Shown: in pieces, positions 23,565 to 33,500 of the stretch
Layout of the letters: each line of letters opens with the position of its first letter
How positions within the stretch are numbered: the stretch's first letter is position 1
NCBI GenBank assembly: GCA_036279215.1
Contig: DASUJO010000020.1
Span: 1-39,195 of the forward strand
Length of the DNA stretch: 39,195 nucleotides
Origin: Candidatus Saccharimonadales bacterium
GTDB taxonomy: Bacteria > Patescibacteriota > Saccharimonadia > Saccharimonadales > UBA10212
Direction of reading: 5' to 3'
The notes under the pieces: generated by a model
The model's input: the letters and a program-made list of their open reading frames with translations, nothing else
The model's database searches: none
Told to the model about the DNA's origin: nothing
Translations under genes and position numbers: made by a program

Positions 23565-24355
23565 ACATCAAGCTCTATGCTTACCGGTGCGTGGTCGCTG
23601 CCCATTTGGCTTGCATGAATAGTCGCGGCTTTAACCTTTCCCTTAAGGGCATTGGAAACTAAGAAGTAATCAATCCGCCAGCCTATATTACGTGCCCGGG
23701 AATTGGCCCAGTGAGTCCACCAGCTGTAATGCCCGTTTCCTTTAATAAACATGCGGAAAGTATCAACGAATCCGTGGTCTATGAGCGCTTGGAATCCGGC
23801 GCGCTCCTCATTGGTAAAGCCCTTTTTGCCAATGTTCTCTTTTGGCCTGGCCAAATCGTCTTCGGTGTGCGCCACGTTAAGGTCGCCGCAAAAAATTACC
23901 GGTTTTTTCTTCTCCAGCTGCTGGCACCAGGCGGTGAACGCCTTATCCCACACGACCCTTATCGGCACCCGGCTTAAATCCTCTTTGACGTTAATCGTAT
24001 AGACACCAACCAGAAAAAAATTCTCAAACTCGGCGGTAATAACCCGGCCTTCCTGGTTGGGGTCCCCATATACGTCGCCATGCAGCTTAAATTTTTTTAC
24101 GAAGTCCTCGGGAAAGCCGTTCTCTACTTTTATTGGCTTGATTTTTGTGAATATTGCCGTGCCCGAATATCCGGCTTTGGCCGCCGAATTCCAATATTCT
24201 TGGTATTCAGGTAAATCTATCTCGGCCTGCCCTTGTTTGGCTTTGGTCTCCTGCAAGCACAGGATATCCGGCTGGTACTCGGCGATAAATTTTTGAAACT
24301 CGCCTTTTCTGAGTACCGCCCGGATGCCATTGACATTCCAAGAGTAAATCCGCAT
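23561..24355 (-). CDS. xth: Exodeoxyribonuclease III (AP endonuclease)
   Basis: 'MRIYSWNVNGIRA', 'DILCLQETK', 'GDLNVAH', 'WRIDYFL' and 'GSDHAPV'. It has an ATGA overlap with the HAD gene. Confidence 0.93.
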   Translation of the reverse strand: MRIYSWNVNGIRAVLRKGEFQKFIAEYQPDILCLQETKAKQGQAEIDLPEYQEYWNSAAKAGYSGTAIFTKIKPIKVENGFPEDFVKKFKLHGDVYGDPNQEGRVITAEFENFFLVGVYTINVKEDLSRVPIRVVWDKAFTAWCQQLEKKKPVIFCGDLNVAHTEDDLARPKENIGKKGFTNEERAGFQALIDHGFVDTFRMFIKGNGHYSWWTHWANSRARNIGWRIDYFLVSNALKGKVKAATIHASQMGSDHAPVSIELDV

Positions 24356-24371
24356 GAGTATATTTTAACAG

Positions 24372-24830
24372 TTAAGAGCGGGCTTTACGCGCGATATCGC
24401 GTTCTTCTTGGCGGCGCTTTATAGTCTCGCGCTTATCATATTCCTTTTTGCCTCTGCCGGCGGCTATACGCAGTTTTATGTAGCGGCCTTGCGTTAGAAG
24501 CTCCAGCGGCACAATAGTATTCCCCAGGTTTTTTGCTTGGATCAAGCGGTCGATTTCCTGGCGCTTGGCCAGCAGTTTGCGAGTGCGTGTCTGTGAATCG
24601 TCTGGTATGTGTATTCCCCTGGCGCCGGTTATCTGGGCGTTTATCAGCCATAGCTCGTTATCTTTAACCGTTACGTAGGAACCTCTAAGAATCCCATGGC
24701 CCAAGCGCAAGGCCTTGGTCTCCGCCCCGGTGAGCTGCAATCCCACGACTAAACTGTCGCCTAGGTCGTAATCGTACCGGGCGCGGCGGTTGGTGATGCG
24801 CTTTTCCTGCTTGGGCCGCTGTTTTGCCAT
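24372..24830 (-). CDS. smpB: SsrA-binding protein SmpB
   Basis: 'NRRARYDY', 'GAETKALR', 'RTRKLLAKRQEI' and a basic C-terminal tail. Confidence 0.93.
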   Translation of the reverse strand: MAKQRPKQEKRITNRRARYDYDLGDSLVVGLQLTGAETKALRLGHGILRGSYVTVKDNELWLINAQITGARGIHIPDDSQTRTRKLLAKRQEIDRLIQAKNLGNTIVPLELLTQGRYIKLRIAAGRGKKEYDKRETIKRRQEERDIARKARS

Positions 24831-24845
24831 GAGCCCATTCTACCC

Positions 24846-25997
24846 TTATTTAAGGCCTTGGTTCTCTATATCAGCTTTGACAACGGCGGTTCTAACTACG
24901 TTCCAGACGCTGGGATCGTTCTGTTTTACCTTAAGCCAGTACCACCATTCGGCGCCCCACAGGTCTATCGTGCGCATGCCGGTGTCTTTGCCGTATTCAA
25001 TACGTTTTTTAAGCCGTTCGGCGTTCATAGACTTGAACTGCTCGTTTACCGATATCTTAGGGATTTCCTGCCCGTTGGGTCCCCACGGTTCAGCCTGCAG
25101 TTCGTGGATAATCATATCGCGGCCGCTAAGCAGTTCTTCGCTGCCGGCTAGCGAGGCGTAAAACCAAGGCGGCAGAGGATATTCAAAGTAGCGCTTGGTA
25201 ATAAAGTTGTCCCACACCCGTTTGTAGATTGATATGGCAAACCTGTCCGGCGTCGGCTGGTTTACCGGAATGCCATACCAGTTGTTACTGCGGCTGATAA
25301 TCACGTCATGCTTGGAATCCAATTGTTTAACCAGATTAAATTCATGGACAAGCCGGCTGCGGTCAAAGTCTTTGCATTCGCCGAAAACTTTCATGAAAAA
25401 CTCGTTTTCCAGCTCGTAATCCTGTAGCGCCGGGTTATCCTTGTAGCGGTTAATGACAGCAGTCATATAGTTATAAAGTTTTGGCTGCCACTGGTTTTTA
25501 TTGGCGGCACCGATAGTTATCCAATCCGGTTCATGGCATTCCGGCCAACGCGGCTGGCGCAAGCCGATAGCCAGACTTACTTTAGAGCCATACTTATTGG
25601 CCATAGCAAACTGCCAGTCCAGGTCGGAAAAATCATATTGGCCGGGTGTTTTCTCTATATCCTTCCAGTAACTGACCAGTCTGACCTGTTTTAGCCCCAA
25701 TTCACCTAAAATCGCGTTAAGTGTCTGCTTGGGGTCCAGGCCAAAGCTGGTGGCGTAATCCTCTACAAAGCTGGTTCCAAGCACCAGCGGCTCGGTATCA
25801 TGCCGGTGTATATACCACTCTGCGATACTGTAAAAAACCCCGGTTACAAGAATCGCAAGCGCTATCAGAATAACCAGCGCCTTACGCCAAATCGTACCGT
25901 TCCATATCCAGCGCGCTAATGACTTAAGCCATTTCACAGGCGCAAAAACTATCGTGTTTTTGGTCTTGGAACCGCTTGATTTCGTTTTTTTAACCAT
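24846..25997 (-). CDS. Membrane-anchored TIM-barrel glycoside-hydrolase-like protein (GH5/cellulase-family-like)
   Basis: N-terminal TM 'ALVILIALAILVTGVFY', 'VRLVSYWKDIE', 'YELENEFF' (NE acid/base-like motif) and 'ELQAEPWG' (second Glu). Confidence 0.45.
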   Translation of the reverse strand: MVKKTKSSGSKTKNTIVFAPVKWLKSLARWIWNGTIWRKALVILIALAILVTGVFYSIAEWYIHRHDTEPLVLGTSFVEDYATSFGLDPKQTLNAILGELGLKQVRLVSYWKDIEKTPGQYDFSDLDWQFAMANKYGSKVSLAIGLRQPRWPECHEPDWITIGAANKNQWQPKLYNYMTAVINRYKDNPALQDYELENEFFMKVFGECKDFDRSRLVHEFNLVKQLDSKHDVIISRSNNWYGIPVNQPTPDRFAISIYKRVWDNFITKRYFEYPLPPWFYASLAGSEELLSGRDMIIHELQAEPWGPNGQEIPKISVNEQFKSMNAERLKKRIEYGKDTGMRTIDLWGAEWWYWLKVKQNDPSVWNVVRTAVVKADIENQGLK

Positions 25998-26027
25998 AAC
26001 CTGATATTCTAATGGGGATTTACCAAC

Positions 26028-26864
26028 ATGATAAACAAAAAGCTAAAGCTTAGTATAGTTATACCAGTTTACAACGAAGAAGCATACCTGCCCGACTGCC
26101 TTGATTCGATCGCCGCCCAGACAGACGCTCCGGACGAAGTAATCATAGTTGATAACAACTCAACGGATAATACAGCGGCAATCGCCCGCAAGTATCCTTT
26201 CGTAACCGTTATCAGTGAAAAACGCCAGCATCAGGCATTCGCCCAAAAAACCGGCTTCGATTATGCATCCGGTGATATATTTGGGCGGATTGACGGCGAT
26301 ACCGTGTTGCCGCCCGATTGGGTAAAAAAAGTCAAAGCCGAATTCGCCGCAGACCCCAACCTGCAGGCTTTGGACGGCGGCCCAGATCCTTACGACGTAT
26401 CATCTCGCAGCGTTGCGGTGGCGATATTCAAGACCTATCACTCTTTAGCAGGCAAAATCGCCGGCACCAAGATGTTATGGGGCGCCAATGCTGCCCTGCG
26501 CGCTGATGCTTGGCGGCGTATCTCCGACAAGGTATTGCAGAGGGCTGATATTTGGGAAGATTATGATTTGGCGTTACTGATAGGCGGCAAAGATTCTATC
26601 AGATATATTGAAGGGCTCGAGGCCGGCAGCTCATTCCGCACTGCGCATAAACCTCTGCTTAAACAGCTGGAATGGCACCTCAGGGTTATCAGGACTTTTT
26701 ATCTGCAAACCTCTTTACCCCGCACAGCTGTTATTGCCGCCTGTTGGAGCACGCTGATAATCATGTACCCGCTGACATTGCTCGACAGATTCATTATCAA
26801 AAGTTCGCCGACACTAAAGCCGCGCCAGAGCGGCATCGCCGACCCTTCGGCTATATCTAAATAG
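26028..26864 (+). CDS. Family 2 glycosyltransferase
   Basis: 'LSIVIPVYNEEAYLPDCLDSIAAQT', 'VDNNSTDNT' and 'DGD', with a hydrophobic C-terminal segment. Confidence 0.85.
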   Translation: MINKKLKLSIVIPVYNEEAYLPDCLDSIAAQTDAPDEVIIVDNNSTDNTAAIARKYPFVTVISEKRQHQAFAQKTGFDYASGDIFGRIDGDTVLPPDWVKKVKAEFAADPNLQALDGGPDPYDVSSRSVAVAIFKTYHSLAGKIAGTKMLWGANAALRADAWRRISDKVLQRADIWEDYDLALLIGGKDSIRYIEGLEAGSSFRTAHKPLLKQLEWHLRVIRTFYLQTSLPRTAVIAACWSTLIIMYPLTLLDRFIIKSSPTLKPRQSGIADPSAISK

Positions 26865-26880
26865 CTGGTATCCTAAGTCC

Positions 26881-27618
26881 ATGGCCAACAAGGCAACGTT
26901 CGTATCAGTAGTTATACCGGCTTATAACGAAGCAACTTATATTGACCGTTTGCTTGAAGCGCTGTCTAAACAGAATTTCAAAAGTTTTGAAGTTATAGTC
27001 TCGGACGCCCATTCTAAAGACGGAACCAAAGAAGTTATAGGCGCATTTAAGAACAGATTAGATATAAAACTGGTTGAATCGCCGCCCAAAGGCCCGGCGC
27101 ACGGCCGCAACGCCGGCGCCGCTAAAGCCCGCGGTGATTGGCTGCTATTTTTGGACGCTGATGTTGATATTGACGACTCTGATTTTATAGACAAGATGGT
27201 TGGCACTGCGGAGTCAAAAAGCTGGAGCACCGCCACCGGCCGTATGAAAACCAGGACCGGGCATTCGTACGATTTTTTGTACTATTACCAAAGGATGCTT
27301 GCTCATACCCGCCGGCCGGTAGCTTCGGGTTACTGCATTCTTACGAAAAGAAAGTTATTCCAAGTGGCAGGCGGCTTTAATGAGAACATCCTTTTCGGCG
27401 AGGACTATGAATATGTCAGCCGGACGGCCAGCAACGGGTTTGGATTTGTGAATACAGCAGATGTTTATATCGACCCGCGCCGCAACCAGGAAGAAGGACT
27501 GGGTTTGGCCTGGCGGGGTACGCAAAACGAATTTTACAGATTGTTTTTCGGCTATAAGAAACTGGAAAAACAACCTGTAAAATATCAGTTCGGCAAGCAC
27601 CAAAAGCGCCAAAAATGA
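26881..27618 (+). CDS. Family 2 glycosyltransferase
   Basis: 'VSVVIPAYNEATYIDRLLEAL', 'SDAHSKDGT', 'LFLDADV' and 'GEDYE'. Confidence 0.85.
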   Translation: MANKATFVSVVIPAYNEATYIDRLLEALSKQNFKSFEVIVSDAHSKDGTKEVIGAFKNRLDIKLVESPPKGPAHGRNAGAAKARGDWLLFLDADVDIDDSDFIDKMVGTAESKSWSTATGRMKTRTGHSYDFLYYYQRMLAHTRRPVASGYCILTKRKLFQVAGGFNENILFGEDYEYVSRTASNGFGFVNTADVYIDPRRNQEEGLGLAWRGTQNEFYRLFFGYKKLEKQPVKYQFGKHQKRQK

Positions 27619-28016
27619 CCCGAAAGCAGTTAATCAAACAGTTCGGCAAGTATATGGTTGGCGGCGGAGTATATTTTTGGAGCGGCTACGCGATATTCAT
27701 TTTTCTTTATGGCGGGCTGGGCTGGAGCTGGTTCCCCGCCAAAGTTGTCTGCGATATCGTGGGCTGGACGCTGGGCTTTTTTGTCCAGCGGTACTGGGCC
27801 TTCCACCACCCTTCATTGGCCGGCAGATCGCTGCATATCAGTACCCGCTACGTACTGGTGAACGCCACAAACTTCCTGATTGATTATTTGATCGTGTGGG
27901 GTCTGAATTCAGTCGGCGTAACACCTTATATCGGTTTATTCGTGGCGGCAGGTTTCTTTACCGCCTGGAACTACGTCTGGTACAAGTTCTGGGTTTTTAA
28001 ACCCCGCAAAGCTTAA
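27615..28016 (+). CDS. GtrA-family membrane protein (polyprenol-linked sugar handling)
   Basis: 133 aa with 4 predicted TM segments. 'KYMVGGGVYFWSGY' and 'FFVQRYWAF' match the GtrA-like pattern. It has an ATGA overlap with the upstream GT2 gene. Confidence 0.8.
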   Translation: MTRKQLIKQFGKYMVGGGVYFWSGYAIFIFLYGGLGWSWFPAKVVCDIVGWTLGFFVQRYWAFHHPSLAGRSLHISTRYVLVNATNFLIDYLIVWGLNSVGVTPYIGLFVAAGFFTAWNYVWYKFWVFKPRKA

Positions 28017-28591
28017 TTCTGCGGGTTAGTCTGTTCGATGCCGTTGGCTTGAACGGTTACCTTGCAGTTGCCCCAAAGCCCCAGGTTGTCGTTTTTGGCG
28101 GCGGTTTCGTAGCCAGCAAATTCGTCGCGTTTTTCGAAAGGAAATGATATGTAGGCAAACCCATAGCCGTTTTTAATCAGTTGGGCTTCCACTAAGGTAT
28201 TATCCGGCAAATAAACGTATCTTAGCAGCCGGCCGTAGCGGTCGCGGTTGGTGTTAAGCGGGTCGGCCTCCAGGCGGACTTTGTTACGGCCAATAAGACT
28301 TTTGGTGTAATCGGCCGCTTGGGGGCCGAAACATTGTACCGGTGTCTCGGGTCGATGAGTTTCCGGCGTATCAACTCCAATAAACCGGATGGTCTCTTCT
28401 GTGCCATTCATGTTTACGCTTATTGTGTCGCCGTCCACAAATTTTGTTACATCGTACAATCCCGGCTGGACCTTAGCCGCCGGCAACTTTATTTTGCTTA
28501 TTTGCAAAATGGCTAATATCGCAACCGCTGTTAACGCCAGAAACACCAGCCACCAAAACCATAGCCGGCGATTTTGCGGATCGGATTTCAT
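28013..28591 (-). CDS. Membrane-anchored thermonuclease (staphylococcal nuclease/SNase family)
   Basis: TM 'LWFWWLVFLALTAVAILAIL', 'VDGDTISV', 'IRFIGVDTPET' and 'DRYGRLLRYVY'. Confidence 0.88.
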   Translation of the reverse strand: MKSDPQNRRLWFWWLVFLALTAVAILAILQISKIKLPAAKVQPGLYDVTKFVDGDTISVNMNGTEETIRFIGVDTPETHRPETPVQCFGPQAADYTKSLIGRNKVRLEADPLNTNRDRYGRLLRYVYLPDNTLVEAQLIKNGYGFAYISFPFEKRDEFAGYETAAKNDNLGLWGNCKVTVQANGIEQTNPQN

Positions 28592-29161
28592 TTAGAAATC
28601 AATGCCTTTGTTGGCCAGGTATTTGTCGTCGAAGTGGTGGCGAAGCTTATGCATTGACGTGGCTATATCTGCTTTATCCAGCAAATCTTTCGGAAAATTT
28701 CGCCCCGTCAGGCATAAACTGGTCTTGGGCGAACGTTCATCAATAAGTTTATCCAAGCAGTTTTTTGGCAGCAGCCCTTCAAATACCGCATTATTAATCT
28801 CGTCGCATACCACCAAATTATATTTTCCGCTTGATGCGGCTTTTAGCGCGGTTCCATACGTTTCCTTGGCGGCTTTTTTATGCAGGGCGGCCGTTATATC
28901 TTTTTCACTCAAACCGCCGGCGTTATAAAACCCCTTTCCACCTTTATAAAACAGCAGTTTATCGCCGAATACCGGCTGGATTTTTGCTATAAATTCATGC
29001 TCGCTAACTTGCCAGTGCTTGATGAACTGTATGAACGCTACGCTCCAGCCGTTACCAAGCGCCCGTGCCATAAGCCCTACGGCGGCGCTGGTTTTGCCCT
29101 TGCCTTCGCCGGTGTAAACCAAAACCACAGACTCTTTGGTCTTATAATCCTCAAACGCCAT
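28592..29161 (-). CDS. cobO: Cob(I)yrinic acid a,c-diamide / cob(I)alamin adenosyltransferase (CobO/BtuR family)
   Basis: 'VYTGEGKGKTSAAVGLMARALGNGWSVAFIQFIK', 'VCDEINNAV', 'CLTGRN' and 'HKLRHHFDDKYLANKGIDF' align along the whole length with E. coli BtuR as I remember it. Confidence 0.88.
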   Translation of the reverse strand: MAFEDYKTKESVVLVYTGEGKGKTSAAVGLMARALGNGWSVAFIQFIKHWQVSEHEFIAKIQPVFGDKLLFYKGGKGFYNAGGLSEKDITAALHKKAAKETYGTALKAASSGKYNLVVCDEINNAVFEGLLPKNCLDKLIDERSPKTSLCLTGRNFPKDLLDKADIATSMHKLRHHFDDKYLANKGIDF

Positions 29162-29167
29162 TTCGCT

Positions 29168-29761
29168 TTATTGTACAGGTTCTACGGGTGGTTTTGGTGC
29201 CGGCAATTGGTCTGCGGCGCCAATTTGATTGGCTATCATTACGCGGATAATAGATTCGGTGGTCCTTTTTGTGCCCGGGCCAATCAGATTTTTTCTGTCC
29301 AGCATCCCGATAGCTTTTAAAGCGGCTGTATTGTTTTCCGTATAATCGCTTGTCAGGGTCCTTAATCTCTCAATCGCGATAGAGTCGTAAGTTGAGGCGA
29401 TAGAGTATGCATCCTCTACCTTGTACTGCATAAGGTGGGCAATGTCTTCTTCTTCGAGAACTTTACGCGCTTCCTCGCCGCTTAATTCAGTTTGCTCGGT
29501 AGAATCTATTTCGTATCTTGAGCGGATTTTTCCGGCCATCTCCAGCGCGTACATCGCGTATTCTATAAAACGGATACCGGGTTCGTTTAACTGGTCAATA
29601 TCATCAATCCGGCGACGCTGGACATCTACCCTTGCCGGCCTATAACGGCCGCCTGTAACCGGTCTGATTTTTAATATATCCGGTTCTAAGTCTGCCTCGT
29701 CATAGCCCTCAAAGGAAGTATCTATCTTAAACGCCTCGCTCATAGTGCGGGCATTATACAA
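29168..29761 (-). CDS. Hypothetical acidic protein, no recognisable family
   Basis: A 197-aa ORF lying 6 nt upstream of cobO in the same orientation. An alternative start is M7 (29743). Confidence 0.45.
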   Translation of the reverse strand: MYNARTMSEAFKIDTSFEGYDEADLEPDILKIRPVTGGRYRPARVDVQRRRIDDIDQLNEPGIRFIEYAMYALEMAGKIRSRYEIDSTEQTELSGEEARKVLEEEDIAHLMQYKVEDAYSIASTYDSIAIERLRTLTSDYTENNTAALKAIGMLDRKNLIGPGTKRTTESIIRVMIANQIGAADQLPAPKPPVEPVQ

Positions 29762-29871
29762 CAGCTGTCCATACTCCTGTCTATGAAATATCTTCCAGTT
29801 TGCGATGTTGCTTTTTGGCCGAATCGTAATATAGTAAAAACCAGGACTAATTTTTAGGAGGGAGAATAAAA

Positions 29872-30522
29872 ATGTTTACAAGGCCACAGATTGCTACGGT
29901 GGTGGCTGAATTTTTGGGTACGGCTACATTGGTGATGGTCGCGTTGATTATGAGCCAGACAACAGCCGTTTCTTATTTTATCGGCACTAGTTTGGCCGTT
30001 ACACTAGCCGCGCTGTTTCTTTTCTTCGGGAATATATCCGGTGCCCAGCTGAACCCAGCTCTGACTTTCGGTCTGTGGACCGCCCGCCAGATAAGCACCT
30101 TAAGGGCAGTTTTATACGTCGCCGCGCAGCTGCTCGGCGGTTTGGCGGCTCTTGAGCTTTTTCAATACCTGGTAGGGCGCGACCTTCCGGCTAAGAACCT
30201 GGCTTTCAACACGCCGATGTGGCTAGCCGAAGTTGTGGGTACGGCAGTATTAGCAGTTGCCATTGCCGTAGTAGTAAGCAGGAAGCTTGATTCGTTCAGC
30301 TCGGCGCTGGCACTCGGCGCCGGCATCTTTACCGGTGTTATTGTGGCCGGTACCGCGTCTGCAGGTTACATAAATCCGGCAATCGCTCTCGGCGAACGCA
30401 GTTTCAACTCGGTTTACGTATTAGGCCCGCTGGTTGGCGGACTAATCGGCGTTAATCTGTACATGATGCTCATGACACCTCGCGCTTCCCGCCCGAGCCG
30501 CCTGAGTCGCCGCCGAAAATAA
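29872..30522 (+). CDS. MIP-family channel (aquaporin/glycerol facilitator)
   Basis: Two NPA boxes ('QLNPALTFG', 'YINPAIALG'), 6 TM segments, and a strong SD (TAGGAGGGAGAATAAAAATG). Confidence 0.9.
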   Translation: MFTRPQIATVVAEFLGTATLVMVALIMSQTTAVSYFIGTSLAVTLAALFLFFGNISGAQLNPALTFGLWTARQISTLRAVLYVAAQLLGGLAALELFQYLVGRDLPAKNLAFNTPMWLAEVVGTAVLAVAIAVVVSRKLDSFSSALALGAGIFTGVIVAGTASAGYINPAIALGERSFNSVYVLGPLVGGLIGVNLYMMLMTPRASRPSRLSRRRK

Positions 30523-30589
30523 GCAATCTTTGATTGCGGAATATGGTAAATAGTTATTGGTTTGGAATTTACCAACTACCAACTGCCTA

Positions 30590-33500
30590 CTAACCCTTCT
30601 CAATTAGGTCGTTTTCGAAGTCGCTGATACCTTTGATGGTCGGCTGGTATTTGGATACGTCAGGAAAATCAAGCGCCATCACCCGCTTCCAGACGGCCTG
30701 AAGCAGCTTGGCGTGCCTCTCCAGCTCGCTTTCATCGTTCGGCAGCTCAAGCTGAACCATGCGGCCGTCTTCGTCTGGTTCCACGAACTGCAGCGCCACT
30801 TTGTCTATGCGGTAGTTTTTAAACCTGCCGGATTTTGCTACAAGTAATTTGTACATCAAAAGTTGTTGGCGGTATCGGTGCAGTTTTAAGACGTTTTGCT
30901 GCCAGCGGCTGTACGACCTGCCGGTTTTAAAATCCACAATGCTGATTGTCCGGGTCTTTTCATTCACGCCCATCCAGTCAATCTTGCCGCTTAGATGAGC
31001 GTCGTCTACGAATACTCCGTATCGCGCCAAATTAACCTCGAACAGGTCGTTCGGGCCGAATGCCTTGTGCTGCTGTGTATACCAGCTGTCCAGCGCCTGT
31101 CGGCCCCTATCGCGCAGGAGATTAAAATCGTCTTCCGGCAGACGCATCGCGCCCAGCTGCTGTTCGAATACTTTGAGAAATTTATCCCTTGGGGGCAGCG
31201 GCTGGTGCCGGGTAATCTGGAACCCCAGCCAGCGCAAGCTGTTATGCACCGCGGTGCCGTAACTGGCCTCTATTGACGGCGCGCGCGGAAAACGCAGGAT
31301 GCAGTAAATAAAGAAATCAGCCGGCCCGTGATTTACCAGATCCACGAAGTGGTTCAGGTGCGTAGGGCTCAGCTGGTAGCGCTTGAGCCGCGGCTCCAGC
31401 AGCTCTTTTAATCCGGGCTCGAACGGCGGCTGATGGCGGTCTGTCCAATAATCCAGCAGAGCGTCGGCGCTGATATCTTCGCCGGAATCTTTTACAAGCG
31501 CGTTTTTGCCATCCGGCAAAATATTAATTTTGGGCACGTCGTCTGCTTCCTGGCTGATTTGCAGGTACTTAAGCCGCGTCATATCGCGGCCAGCCAGTGT
31601 AAAGTTATAGCCGGTGAAATACAGGTGTGTTTTGGCACGGGTGGCCGCCACGTACAGCAGGCGCAGGCGCTCATCTTCTGACGCGCCCTGGTAGCGGATA
31701 AAATTGAGATTTTCCGGCAAAGATATGCGGTATCCTTGGTTGCGGCTGGCGCTGCCCCAAACCTCGTCCACGGCGGCAATGATGAACACCGTCCTGAACT
31801 CCCTGCCCTTGGAGCCGTAGGCGGTCATCAGCTGGACTGCTTCGGGCGATTCGTAGTACGGGCTGGAATCCAAAATGTTTATCTGGGCGGCGCGGTTGGC
31901 GTCTATAAAGTCCACGAAGTTGCGCAGATTCAGCGGTTCGGTTTCGGTGCGCTGGTGCTCGCGCAGACGGTGGCGCAGCACGTTCAGGTTACTTAAAAAG
32001 CGGCTGAAGCTGATTGCGTCTTTGTCTTTGGGGCTGCCAAAGTAGTATTCAAACAGCGGTGAACTGATTGGCAAATTAAGCGGCTCGCTGCGCCCGTTAA
32101 TGCCTATCAGGGCGTCCAGCTGCTCTTCCAGGATGGTCACGACCAGCATGTCTTTGAGCCGCAGGAAAAACAGCGCAATGTCGTGAGTCTTTTTATCTTT
32201 CAGCAGTATATCTACCCACGGCTTGCCTTCTTCGTCGGCCTGCCAGCTTAACTGCCAAATCTTTCCGGTTTTTATACCCCAGAAATCATAGCTTAGTACT
32301 TCGGGCCAAAGCGAATTCGCCAGTTTATTTTCTTCTTGCAGAGCCAGCACCAACCGAGCCATTTGCTCCAGCTGGCGCACAATCGGGCTGTCCAGCACAT
32401 TCTCGCGCTTTTCGTAATGCACCGGGATGCCGTGCCGCGCCAAATACGGCAAAAACTCAACCAAGTAGCGGTGTTTGGGCGCCAATACGGCGATTTCTTT
32501 GGCTTCTATCTTATCTTTGCTGATCAGCCGCTTTATTTGGGATGCCACCCAGTCGTACTGCGCGCCGTCGGTTTTAAATTCGCGCCCGCAAATGTCCTGG
32601 CTATCGGGCTTGCCTTTGGCAGCCGGTTTGATGTCTTTGCTCACGGCTTTAAAGTTATGGTGCAAGCGCTCGCTTATCTGTTCCGAAATGTTCTTGGCGG
32701 TGGTTACGATATCCGGCGTGCTGCGGTAGTTCTGCAGCAAGGTGATGACTTTTACGTCTTTGTAGGCCTTAACAAAGTTCAGCATGTTGGCGTGGTCGGC
32801 GCCCTGGAAAGCGTAAATCGCCTGGTCGTCGTCGCCCACCGCCAGCAAGTTGGGGCGGCCCTCGTTGGACGGATGGTCGGCCAGCAGTTCTATCAGTCTG
32901 AACTGCGCCTGGTTGGTATCCTGGAACTCGTCCAGCATGATGTACTGGTACTGCTCGGCCAGCGAGTATTTAAAGTCTGGATTCTTCTGTAGCGCGTCAA
33001 TGGCGCGAAGAATCATATCGTCGTAGTCAAACAGCCGGCGGCGTGCCAGATCTTTTTGGTATAAGTCGTACACTTCGGCGGCGGCTAATAAGCGCAGATT
33101 TTGGCGGCGTCCGCCAAAGATAAAACGTCCATCACTGTCTTTTTCCAGCCAGGCGTTTTTCCATTTGGTTAGCGGCACGGTTTTTTTGGTGGCGTCATAT
33201 TCAGCCAGAGCCGCCCCCAGCTCGTCGGCGGCGTAGCCGCCAAGCGGAAGCACAGCGTCGGGCAGCTTGCCGCTTTTGGGCTGGTTTTTGAGCAGTTTAT
33301 GGAGCTTTTCAAACACTTTTACGCTGGCTTTGTTGATTATTTTTAGCCCGTCCAGCACCGGACGCGCGACTTTGTTCATTTCTTCTATGAATTTCAGGTT
33401 GGCTCTCGTAATGGCGAATATATCCTGCGGCCGCAGCAGCGCCCGTTTGGAGTCGCTGATAAAGCCCAGCACGTCGCCGTAATAATCGCCGCTATAGCGC

